DNA of 64,000 bases. Origin: Thermomicrobiales bacterium. GTDB taxonomy: Bacteria; Chloroflexota; Chloroflexia; Thermomicrobiales; UBA6265. A model generated the notes under the pieces. That model did not search any database and was not told the origin of the DNA. It saw only the letters and a program-made list of their open reading frames with translations. Positions within the stretch are counted from its first letter, which is position 1, and the number at the start of each line of letters is the position of its first letter. This document shows positions 34,132 through 42,253 of the stretch, one piece after another. The DNA is taken from contig JBOGUF010000149.1 of the NCBI GenBank assembly GCA_050696075.1, forward strand, positions 10,507-74,506, written 5' to 3'. The position numbers were made by a program, and so were the translations under genes.

Positions 34132-35871
34132 TTACATCACTCGCCGTGCTTCCAACTCCTCGAACTGGTACTCCCGCCAGACGGGAATGCCGCAGTAGCG
34201 CTCGCCTTCGGGGCAGATCGGCTTGGCGGCGGAGCGGGAGCGCATGACGCAGGGGGGGCCGTCGACGTAGCGGCCGATGGTGGGGTGGACTTCCCGGATT
34301 TGGGCGACTTCCTGGCGGGCGGTGGCGAAGATTTCGCGCTGGGCGTCGTAGCAGAGGCGCTTGATCCACTTCCAAAAGTAGGTGAGTAGGGTACCGCTCT
34401 CGTAGAAGCGGACACGGTGGGCGTTGGGCAGGAGGTAGAGGGCGACTTCCGGGGCGACGCCCTGGTCGAGCAACGCGTTCTTCGCGTCCCAGAGCGCTTG
34501 GACGGTGGCGTCGTACTCGGCGCGGGCAGCCGGGTTGCGGGCAATGGCCCAGGGGAGGATGACGTCCGGGTCGCGGCGGAGGTGGGCGCTGAGGATGGGG
34601 CCGGAAGAGAGGGTGCCGCGGTGGCGCTGGTTTTGGGCTTCTTCCGCGCCGCTGATGCGCTTCTGGAAGGTGAAGGGAACGTGGTTCATCGTTTGCATCA
34701 GCTTCGAGTGCATGCCGAGGAAGAGGGCGTGGCCGAGGTACGGATTCTGTGAGCCATCGAGGACCTGAGCGATGGCGTCCTCGTCGGAGAGGGCGTCCGG
34801 GGTGAGGCCGAGGACGGTGCGGACGGCGTCGGCCATCGTCCGCTCGGCGGCGGGATTGTGGCTGATGAGCTTGCTGTCGAGGTCACCGAGCTCCTCGTCG
34901 AAGCGGCGGCAGAAGGCTTCCGTCTCCTCCGGGGTTTGGGCGAGGTTGGCTTGCCAATTGGCCAAGGCCTCAGCTTCGAGCGTGTCGTCGGTGCTGAGGG
35001 CGCGCAGATCGAGCGGGTGGTCGGGCGCGCCGAGGAAGTAGGGATCGAGGGCGAGGACTTCTTCGACCATGCGGTTGACGATGAAGCGGACCTCGGTCGG
35101 GGCGTCCGGTTGGTTGGCGAGGGCGTGGTAGCGGAGCAAGGTGAGCCCGTTGACGGTGTGATAGAGGTGGGCCGGGGTGGCGAGGGGGAGGACGTAGCGG
35201 GCGACTTCTTGGGCGCGCTTCTGGACGGCGCCGGCGACGCGCTCCTCGGCCCGTGGCCCCTTCGCCTTGGCACGGGCGGGAAAGACGGTGGCGTAGTCGC
35301 GCTGAAAGTCGGGGATGAGGATCTCGGTGAGGCGGCGGTAGCCCTCGAGGCTGCGCTCGATGGCGTCCTGGTAGATCGACAGCATCGGCTCGGGCAACGC
35401 CGGCGTGACCATGACCTTGCCGGAGACTTCGCGGTAGCGCTGGGAGACCTGCTCCGAGTTATAGAAGGGGTGGGCGTGGAAGAAGGACCAGATCGCCAGG
35501 CGGGAGACATTGTCGAGGACGAAGACGAAGGTGGCGTGCTGGAGGGTGGTGTGGTGGCCGGCGGCGAAGAGATCGGCGTAGAGCTTGAGGGTGCGCTGGC
35601 GGCGGTCTTCGCGTTCGGCGGCCTTTTCCGGGCTGAGACCTTCCGGGGCGGGGCCGTGGATGAGTTTGAGGACGTTCTCGACCTTGGCCGGGCGGGCGCC
35701 GTAGCAGGACCAGGCGGCGGCGACGGAGAGGGCGAAGGGGTGGTGGCTCGATTCGTCGCGCAACAGGGTGACGACGGGCGCGGCGGAATGGAACGGCGAC
35801 GGTGCGTGGCCGTTCGATGTCGCGGCCGGTGTTTGGGTGGTGGTTGGTTGTTCAATCACGGTGGCCGACAT
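34132..35871 (-). CDS. thyX: FAD-dependent thymidylate synthase ThyX-like, long two-lobe form with Cys-rich C-terminal tail
   Basis: ThyX motifs HHTTLQHATFVF..SEQVSQRY (first lobe, with RHR degenerate) and QNQRHRGTLSS (second lobe). Start placed at the ATG at 35871, with a GGAGG RBS 10 nt upstream. The track ORF N-terminus (MLRCLSMTT) is a translated REP element. Confidence 0.85.
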   Translation of the reverse strand: MSATVIEQPTTTQTPAATSNGHAPSPFHSAAPVVTLLRDESSHHPFALSVAAAWSCYGARPAKVENVLKLIHGPAPEGLSPEKAAEREDRRQRTLKLYADLFAAGHHTTLQHATFVFVLDNVSRLAIWSFFHAHPFYNSEQVSQRYREVSGKVMVTPALPEPMLSIYQDAIERSLEGYRRLTEILIPDFQRDYATVFPARAKAKGPRAEERVAGAVQKRAQEVARYVLPLATPAHLYHTVNGLTLLRYHALANQPDAPTEVRFIVNRMVEEVLALDPYFLGAPDHPLDLRALSTDDTLEAEALANWQANLAQTPEETEAFCRRFDEELGDLDSKLISHNPAAERTMADAVRTVLGLTPDALSDEDAIAQVLDGSQNPYLGHALFLGMHSKLMQTMNHVPFTFQKRISGAEEAQNQRHRGTLSSGPILSAHLRRDPDVILPWAIARNPAARAEYDATVQALWDAKNALLDQGVAPEVALYLLPNAHRVRFYESGTLLTYFWKWIKRLCYDAQREIFATARQEVAQIREVHPTIGRYVDGPPCVMRSRSAAKPICPEGERYCGIPVWREYQFEELEARRVM

Positions 35872-35930
35872 CTCCCGCATGCCTCCATTAGGCCGTATTT
35901 GCACACTGTCATCCGGCGGCGGCGGGCGCT

Positions 35931-36024
35931 CCGTCGTCATGCTGAGGCAGCGAAGCATCCCCGCGCGCCGCGCCGACGGACCGGCTTCGCCGGGGGATGC
36001 TTCGGCTTCGCCTCAGCATGACGG
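35931..36024. repeat. REP/MITE-like nested palindrome, copy 2
   Basis: ccgtcgtcatgctgaggcagcgaagcatccccgcgcg...cgccgggggatgcttcggcttcgcctcagcatgacgg. Flanking ttagg..tttgca / gcaaac..ccctaa extensions reach about 35888-36047. Confidence 0.85.
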
Positions 36025-36141
36025 GGCTTGGCAAACAGGCCCTAATCATCGGTCACGTCAACGCGGGACCGCGTGGCAACGGACCCATTATACATGTACG
36101 TACACTCCTGGTAAGGGGGCCATCTGAGCGGTGGGCGGTCG

Positions 36142-36975
36142 CTAGCGCATGGCGCCGACCAGGATGACTTCGCTCGGCAGGCGGATCTCGTTGTTATCGC
36201 GGTGCTGTTCAAGGAAGTCGACGATGCGACGGTGGAGGTGGTCGGCGTCGGCGGGGCGGCTGGCGAGGGCGGCGGCGAGTTGGCCATCGTTGCGGTTGAG
36301 CATCTGCTGCCAATATGCATCGGGGTCGTCGACGACGCGTTCGACGATGCGGCGCTCGACGGCGACGTGCTCGAAGCCAGCCTCGGCAACCAGGCGCTCG
36401 ATGAGGCCGGGTTCGCCGAGGGCGAGCGGACCGGGCAGGTTCGCGTCGTCAGGAGATGGAGGCACAACTTCGGCCACCATCCGTGCCGGGGCGAAGAGGG
36501 GGACGCGGTCGGCGGTGCTCCAGACGGCGATGCCGAGACGGCCGCCGGGACGCAGCACGCGCCGCAATTCGCCGAGCGCTCGCGCCCGATCGGGCACGAA
36601 CATGAGGCCGAACTGGCAGTAGGCGACGTCGAAGGAGGCGCCGGGGAGGTCGAGCGCCTCGGCGCCCATGGCGCGGAAGGAAACGTTCGGCAGCCCTTCG
36701 GCCGCGCTGGGGCCGGTGACGAACTCTTCCCATTCGGGCGCGATGTCGGTGGCGAGGACCGGGCCGGTCGGACCGGTGAGGCGGGCGGCGCGGAGGGCGA
36801 CGACGCCGGGGCCGGTGGCGACGTCGAGCACGCGGTCGCCGGGATCGGGCGCGACGAGGCCGAGCAGGAGGTCGGCGACGGCGGCGTTGATTTGGGCGGC
36901 GGCGGTGGCGTATTCGTGGCGGCGGGCGCCCCAATCGCGGCGCATACGGTCGCGGATTTCTGCGGACGAAGTCAT
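36142..36975 (-). CDS. class I SAM-dependent methyltransferase
   Basis: 277 aa from the ATG at 36975 (AAGGAG RBS). Motif I VLDVATGPG, then FDVAYCQFGLMF and LRPGGRLGIAVW. The upstream part of the track ORF is a frame shadow. Confidence 0.85.
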   Translation of the reverse strand: MTSSAEIRDRMRRDWGARRHEYATAAAQINAAVADLLLGLVAPDPGDRVLDVATGPGVVALRAARLTGPTGPVLATDIAPEWEEFVTGPSAAEGLPNVSFRAMGAEALDLPGASFDVAYCQFGLMFVPDRARALGELRRVLRPGGRLGIAVWSTADRVPLFAPARMVAEVVPPSPDDANLPGPLALGEPGLIERLVAEAGFEHVAVERRIVERVVDDPDAYWQQMLNRNDGQLAAALASRPADADHLHRRIVDFLEQHRDNNEIRLPSEVILVGAMR

Positions 36976-37132
36976 TGGTGGTGGCTCCTTGGGTCGGTGC
37001 GCGATGGCTTGTTCGCCATTATGGGGGATTGCGGCGCGCGGGGGAGTTTCCCGGCGTTGATGGCGTCCCCGACGTTGCAACGCCAGGCACAACCGACGAA
37101 GACCGACGCCGGGTTGAACCCCCCCGCTTAAC

Positions 37133-38002
37133 CTACGAAGCCCCTCCGGGACCGCGGACATCGCGGCCCGTGTGCAATCCCGACGGAGGTTGGTGGGTTG
37201 CGGAGTTTGGCACGGATGGTGGGGCGGGCCAGTCGAAGACGTCGAAGACTTGGGGGGCGAGGGCGGGTGGTGGCGGCAGGTAGCGATCGGCGCGGACCAT
37301 CGCTTCGACGTAGTCGTAGATGGCGACGACTTGCTCGTCGCCGGTGATTGAATGGATCCAGATCTGGTGGCCGGCGAAGAGGAGGAGGGCGACGTTGGAG
37401 AGGGCGCAGGGGCCGAGGCAGCCGCCAATAGAGAGGTGGACCTTGTGGCGGATGCGGCGGCGGGCCCATTCGCGGTGATAGAGGTCGGTGGGGACGGGGG
37501 CGTGGCCGCGTTCGGTGTGGCCGCAGCAGCAGCCGGTGGCGCAGACGAAGAGTTGCCCCGGACGGCGAAAGACGTTGATCGGCTCGCCGTCGCCACGCCA
37601 GACGATATTGCGCACGGCCGAGGTGTGCGGCGAGCGGGTGAGGCTGTCGATGGCGTCCGAGGTGGTTTCGTAGTGCTCGTGGTCGTCGTAGACGCCCGCG
37701 GCGTGCTCGGCGGTGCGGGCGTCGAGCTCGTCGGGGGTGATGAGATTCGTCTCGATCAGGAGGCGCTCGAAGGAGGCGAGCCAGCGCTCGTAGTAACCGG
37801 AGTCGTCGCCGTGCCCCTCGGCGGCGGCGATCTCGGCGGCGAGGCGGGCGCGGAAGTCGTCCCAGGGAAACTGCTCGGCGTCGCTGAGGGCGACGGCCAT
37901 GCCGAAGATGCGGCCCTCCCAGGGGGCTTCGAAGACCAACTCGCCGTTGCGGCGGGGGACGGCGAGGTCGTCGCCGAGCTCTTCGATACGGTGATCGGAC
38001 AT
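37133..38002 (-). CDS. nitrile hydratase accessory protein fused to a Cys-rich ferredoxin-like domain
   Basis: The N-terminal ~100 aa (ELVFEAPWEGRIFGMAVALSDAEQFPWDDFRARLAAEI...YYERWLASFERLL) match NHase activator proteins. The C-terminal half has FVCATGCCCGH and GGCLGPC. Confidence 0.7.
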   Translation of the reverse strand: MSDHRIEELGDDLAVPRRNGELVFEAPWEGRIFGMAVALSDAEQFPWDDFRARLAAEIAAAEGHGDDSGYYERWLASFERLLIETNLITPDELDARTAEHAAGVYDDHEHYETTSDAIDSLTRSPHTSAVRNIVWRGDGEPINVFRRPGQLFVCATGCCCGHTERGHAPVPTDLYHREWARRRIRHKVHLSIGGCLGPCALSNVALLLFAGHQIWIHSITGDEQVVAIYDYVEAMVRADRYLPPPPALAPQVFDVFDWPAPPSVPNSATHQPPSGLHTGRDVRGPGGAS

Positions 38003-38019
38003 CGCCGCGCTCCTTGCCG

Positions 38020-38628
38020 TCAGCCCGCCAGCCCGGAGGTTGCCGGCGCGGCCACCTTGGCGACGCCGATCATGGCGTCGCGGGTGACGAGCGCGGCGAG
38101 TTCTTCCTCGGTGAGGTGATCGGTTCCGGCGGGGCGTTCCGGGAGGATCATGTAGCGTTGGTCGGCGCTGCTGTCCCAGACGTGGATCGTGACGGTCTCG
38201 TCGATGTCCAGGCCGAACTCGGTAAGCACCTCGCGCGGCTCGATAACGGTGCGGGAGCGGTAGGCGAAGCTCTTGTACCAGGTCGGAGGCAGCCCGAGCA
38301 CCCTCCAGGGATAGCAGGAGCAGAGGGTACAGACCACGAGGTGGTGGTCGGTCGGCGTGTTCTCGATCACGACGAGGGGGGCGCCGCTGGGGATGCCGAA
38401 ATCGGTGATGGCCGCGCCGGCGTCGTGGAGCAGGCGCTGCTTGAAGGCGGGGTCGGACCAGGCGCGGGCGACGATGCGGGCGCCCATGAGCGGACCGATG
38501 TCCTGCTCGAACTTGCTGATTTGAGCGTCGACGGCCTCGGCGGAAATGAGTCCCTTTTCGATGAGGAGCGACTCGATGGCTTTGGTGCGCAACGCGACAT
38601 ACGGTTCCTGTTCCGGGTCGTACGGCAT
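38020..38628 (-). CDS. nthA: nitrile hydratase alpha subunit, cobalt type
   Basis: Metal-binding signature VCTLCSCYPW (the Thr/Tyr variant is cobalt-type). Start at the ATG at 38628 with an AAAGGA RBS. Confidence 0.92.
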   Translation of the reverse strand: MPYDPEQEPYVALRTKAIESLLIEKGLISAEAVDAQISKFEQDIGPLMGARIVARAWSDPAFKQRLLHDAGAAITDFGIPSGAPLVVIENTPTDHHLVVCTLCSCYPWRVLGLPPTWYKSFAYRSRTVIEPREVLTEFGLDIDETVTIHVWDSSADQRYMILPERPAGTDHLTEEELAALVTRDAMIGVAKVAAPATSGLAG

Positions 38629-38663
38629 GGCGCGCATCCTTTCGGCGGCTGTCTGGTCAGACG

Positions 38664-39332
38664 TCAGGACGAGGTGGGTTCGAGGTAACTCTCCCAGAGG
38701 TCGATGTTGAGCATTTGGCACGGCTCGGCGGGTTTGCCCCAGAGTTCGCGGCTATCGAAGCGGACGTTGTAGACGACTTGCGGGTCCGCGCCCAGGCCGT
38801 GGGCGTTGGTGTCGGGGAAGATTTCTGGACCATGGACGAGATGGATGACGCCCTGCTTGCCGCGAGCGTAGCGTGGGAGCCGGGTATGGCCTGTCGGATG
38901 GACGTTGCGGGTGACGACCGGGTCGCCGACTGAAAAGCGCGGCGTCAACCGCGGAAGCGGCGCGTGCGAGGTCTCGCGCGGCGACCACTGAGGGGGCGCG
39001 GCGGTGGGCCGAGGCAGGGGGGCGTCGGGATCGGAGCGAAGTCGTTCCGTTCTGGCGTCAAGTTCGTCGGCGGTGAGGATGCCCGCCTGGATCAGGTTGT
39101 CCTCGATGGTGGCGAGCCAGCGCTCGTAATAGGTCGAGCGCAGGTAGTGGGCGGGGTCCATGCGTTCGATGCCGTAGCGGAAGGCGTCGAGATTGAAGTA
39201 GCCCTGGCCGAGGGTGAGTTGCTGGAGGGCGAGGACGTGGGCTTCCCACGCGGCATGAAAGAGCGGCTCGTCCTTCTCCCGCGCGATCGGTCCAAAACCG
39301 TGCATCCCGCCGAGGTCGTGGACGCCGTTCAT
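38664..39332 (-). CDS. nthB: nitrile hydratase beta subunit
   Basis: Starts MNGVHDLGGMHGFGPI, the canonical NHase beta N-terminus. 222 aa. The upstream part of the track ORF belongs to a hydrolase relic. Confidence 0.92.
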   Translation of the reverse strand: MNGVHDLGGMHGFGPIAREKDEPLFHAAWEAHVLALQQLTLGQGYFNLDAFRYGIERMDPAHYLRSTYYERWLATIEDNLIQAGILTADELDARTERLRSDPDAPLPRPTAAPPQWSPRETSHAPLPRLTPRFSVGDPVVTRNVHPTGHTRLPRYARGKQGVIHLVHGPEIFPDTNAHGLGADPQVVYNVRFDSRELWGKPAEPCQMLNIDLWESYLEPTSS

Positions 39333-39396
39333 GGCTCGTCTCCCACCGTGTCGCGCCATCCGCATTGAGATCGTACCGCATCGGCGGCGTCCGGTG

Positions 39397-39632
39397 TCAG
39401 GCTTTCGATATTTCGTCTCGGAAAGAGAGGAGGGCGTCGGCGACGGCGCCGGGGTGGGTGTAGATGACGCCGTGGGGGGCGCGGGGAACATCGACGCGCT
39501 GAGCCCGTGAATGAGGAGGATGGGCGGCCCCGTCCATTGCGGTGGACCTGGCCAGACGCGGGCGTGCCAGCGGCGACCTTCGACGGTCTGCACACACCGG
39601 ACCGGACGTGGCGGGGAGTAATCGGTAGTCAT
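39397..39632 (-). pseudogene. alpha/beta hydrolase relic (N- and C-terminal pieces joined, frameshifted)
   Basis: One frame gives ..WTGPPILLIHGLSAS, a hydrolase N-terminus. Another gives QRVDVPRAPHGVIYTHPGAVADALLSFRDEISKA*, a hydrolase C-terminus. The catalytic core is missing. Confidence 0.55.
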
Positions 39633-39645
39633 CGGTCGAGCTACG

Positions 39646-40116
39646 TCACACGCCGAACGCCGAACGCCGAACTTCTTCGACCGCGGCGGCGCACCAGGCG
39701 GCGACCTCTTCGGTGAGACCGAGGGTTGGCCACTGGTCGGAGCCGTGCCAGCCGACGCTGTCGTCGGCGACGGTGATTGTGGGATCGGCAGCGGTGGCGA
39801 AGTAGATGAGATCGATGTGCTGGTGGCCGGGGGTGATCTCTTCGAGTTGGATGCCGGCGGGGCGGCAAAGTTGGCGAGGAAGACCGGGGTGGTCGAGATC
39901 GAGGCCGTGGGCGGGGAGGAGGGTCGCCTCGACGCCGGTCTCTTCGCGCACCTCGCGCAGGGCGGCCTCGTCGGGCAGCTCGTCGGGTTCGATGTGGCCG
40001 CCGGGCGGCAGCCAGCGGGCGAGCTTGCGATGCCAATGGAGGAGTACGCGACCGTCGTGGACGACGAGGACCGCGACGGTGAAATCGCGGCTCGGCTGGG
40101 ACGGGGTGTTGGTCAT
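39646..40116 (-). CDS. NUDIX hydrolase
   Basis: Nudix box GGHIEPDELPDEAALREVREETG. Start at the ATG at 40116, overlapping the stop of the upstream gene (ATGA). Confidence 0.85.
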   Translation of the reverse strand: MTNTPSQPSRDFTVAVLVVHDGRVLLHWHRKLARWLPPGGHIEPDELPDEAALREVREETGVEATLLPAHGLDLDHPGLPRQLCRPAGIQLEEITPGHQHIDLIYFATAADPTITVADDSVGWHGSDQWPTLGLTEEVAAWCAAAVEEVRRSAFGV

Positions 40117-40880
40117 GCGTTGGAAGCCGGCGTATCCGGGTCGTCGGGCGGCGGAGGCGGAGTGACGGCCGGGGAGGGTTGCTCCGGGTCGCCGGGCGTC
40201 AACCAGGAGGCAGCGGCGGCTTCGACCCACGACCAGTGGGCGGGGGTGGTGCCGACGTGGTACCCCTCGTTGGATGCAATGTAGTCATCATCGGGCGGCG
40301 GTGCCCCGTGGGCACGTTCCGGCCAGGCTCCGGACGTGATAGAGACAGTATCGCGGCTCGGCCAGGGATGGACGCCGTGTGGGGTGTGGCCGTTGGCGCC
40401 GGGAGCGGGCGCGGTGGTGGTGACGACCGCGGCGGGGTCGTTGGCGTCCATCAGGGTGCGCCAACTGCCACGGAGATCGCGCCACCAGGCGCCGTGGGCC
40501 TGGCCGTTCGCCGGGGCGGTCGAAGGCGCGGCGACACCTGTCTGAGCGGCGGGCAACGGGCCGGAGATGGGGCGATCGAGGACCGGGGCGACGGGATCAA
40601 GGTGCTCTTCGTGGATGGCCCAGCGCACGATCTGGAAGACGGTCACCGCCAGGGCGTGGAGCGCGACGATCGAGCCCCAGGCGCGCAGGCCGTCATCGAC
40701 GGTGATTTGATCCGGTGAGCGGTAGAGATCGAGCAGGATGAGGGCGGTCGCCGCGACGAGGAAGAGGGCGACGTGGAGGCCAACCAGGCCGAAGCCAAGT
40801 GCCCACGTGCCGCATCGGCGACCCAGTCGCGCGAGCCGCAGCATCTGCCAGGTCTCTTTGGGCGAGCGTGCCGTTGCCAT
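40113..40880 (-). CDS. membrane protein (two TM helices, Pro-rich C-terminus)
   Basis: Start at the ATG at 40880 (MATARSPKETWQM). Two hydrophobic helices. No family recognised. Confidence 0.6.
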   Translation of the reverse strand: MATARSPKETWQMLRLARLGRRCGTWALGFGLVGLHVALFLVAATALILLDLYRSPDQITVDDGLRAWGSIVALHALAVTVFQIVRWAIHEEHLDPVAPVLDRPISGPLPAAQTGVAAPSTAPANGQAHGAWWRDLRGSWRTLMDANDPAAVVTTTAPAPGANGHTPHGVHPWPSRDTVSITSGAWPERAHGAPPPDDDYIASNEGYHVGTTPAHWSWVEAAAASWLTPGDPEQPSPAVTPPPPPDDPDTPASNA

Positions 40881-40930
40881 GAAACCGTCTGTCCCGTGAC
40901 GCCGTCGACGGTGCGCGTCGGGCGGGCGTC

Positions 40931-41389
40931 CTACCGCGCCGGAAGCATGCCCAGAATACGTTCCAACTGCTTGCGGTCGTTCTCGACCAGATCCCGGATG
41001 CGCGCGCGAATCGTTGTCCCGCCGGTGACCTCCTGATCCCATTCGCCTTCTTCGAGTGGGCGCAGGAGGGCGAGTGTGACCTCGCGGGCGTAGCCGAACT
41101 GCGCGATCAGCACGGCGGTCGTGTCGTCTGAGTGCTCGGTGCCGACGATCGGCGCCTCGTCCCCGAAGATGTCGGGCATCGGCACACCGGTCACGTACTC
41201 CTTCAGCGCCTGCGAGAAGCGCAACTCATCATCACGCAAGCGGCGTACCACGTCGCGGACGGAGGCGCCGCCGGAGCCCACTTGGCGGGCCTGTGCCTCC
41301 GGCGCCTGGCGGACCTTGATGTTGAGCTCGCGAAAGGTGTTGATGAGCCCATCGATGAGCTCCTGGGATGATCCCGTCTGCACCGCCAT
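40931..41389 (-). CDS. DinB-like helical-bundle protein (tentative)
   Basis: About 152 aa with a helical pattern. Weak resemblance to DinB/YfiT-type proteins. Confidence 0.5.
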   Translation of the reverse strand: MAVQTGSSQELIDGLINTFRELNIKVRQAPEAQARQVGSGGASVRDVVRRLRDDELRFSQALKEYVTGVPMPDIFGDEAPIVGTEHSDDTTAVLIAQFGYAREVTLALLRPLEEGEWDQEVTGGTTIRARIRDLVENDRKQLERILGMLPAR

Positions 41390-41749
41390 GATTCCTCCCC
41401 CCGTTCCGCGCATTCCCCTGCCAGTTAATACGCACGACGCGGCGTTTGGTTTATCCGCGCCCCGTGCCGCGCCGGTCGCTTGCTACCGATTGTACGCACC
41501 AACGTGCTCGACGCCAACAACCGGGCGTACTATCGGGGCGGTCCATTCGTTCGGATGGGCGTGCGGGAGCGGTGGAAGGCGCGGGAATTGAGGGGGGTGG
41601 AACGAGTGAAGCGAGTGTTGAATGCCGATGACCCGGGGATAAATCCCCAGGCTCCACCGACGAAGCCCTTCCCAGGCTGTGCTGATCGCGCATTGAGTTT
41701 AATCCAGCGAGGCGGCAGCTACCGAGGACCCAGATGACACGGTGCTGCC

Positions 41750-42097
41750 ATGTACCGTGCCTATTACGCCGCCTTTAGCAGTGCGGCGGAGTATCTCCTG
41801 GCGAATACACCGAATCTTGTCCGAACCGCACTGACCCACGACACCGTCTGGCACGCGTTCCGCGACACGACCGATCGTGATCGCTGGACGATCTTCGACG
41901 ATGGCATGAATCTCAAACACCATAGGATCGACGCCGACTATTGGCGACCGATGGGGGTACGCCGGCCCCAATCCATTGTGCGCGACGTGCTCATTCGTTC
42001 GGCGCGGATTCTGCGCGTGCTTCAGCAAGTCCAGTCCTCGTTAGGATCAGATCGCCAGCAACTCCTCAACCTTGAACAGATCGGCGTTGAGGATTGA
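41750..42097 (+). pseudogene. degenerate paralog of the HEPN-like gene at 50106..50501
   Basis: Shares AAEYLLANTPNL..THD.VWH.F...RDRWTIFDDGMNLKHHRIDADYWRPM with the intact copy. It lacks the first ~40 aa; the upstream frame is broken by a frameshift and a stop. It reads through into the asd-tail copy. Confidence 0.6.
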
Positions 42098-42105
42098 GGG
42101 TCTGA
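42047..42105 (-). pseudogene. copy of the asd 3-prime end (fragment)
   Basis: Reverse translation gives PSILNADLFKVEELLAI*. The asd C-terminus is GASILNAELFRVEGLLPV*. Confidence 0.75.
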
Positions 42106-42253
42106 TGGAGTCGAGGACGGCGATGTGGTCGACGATCCGGTGGATTGGACAGGGACCGTGGGGCCGGCTTACAGGGCAATGTATGGGGGCGTGGAGCGGT
42201 TTGGTAAGATAGACGCAAAGTATCAGTGTATCGGTCGTGGCGAGGTGTGGGCG

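Noticed and set aside
22600-34270. Classical integron (intI + attI + attC cassettes)
   Set aside because: No IntI-like tyrosine recombinase in the window. The recurring boundary is a copy of a protein-gene terminus, not an attC-type imperfect palindrome. Only the cassette-like layout is reminiscent.
35872-35958. N-terminal extension of the thyX ORF (MLRCLSMTTERPPPP...)
   Set aside because: This is a translation of the REP element. The same peptide appears in unrelated track ORFs at 13303..14082 and 58333..58824. A GGAGG RBS supports the downstream ATG.
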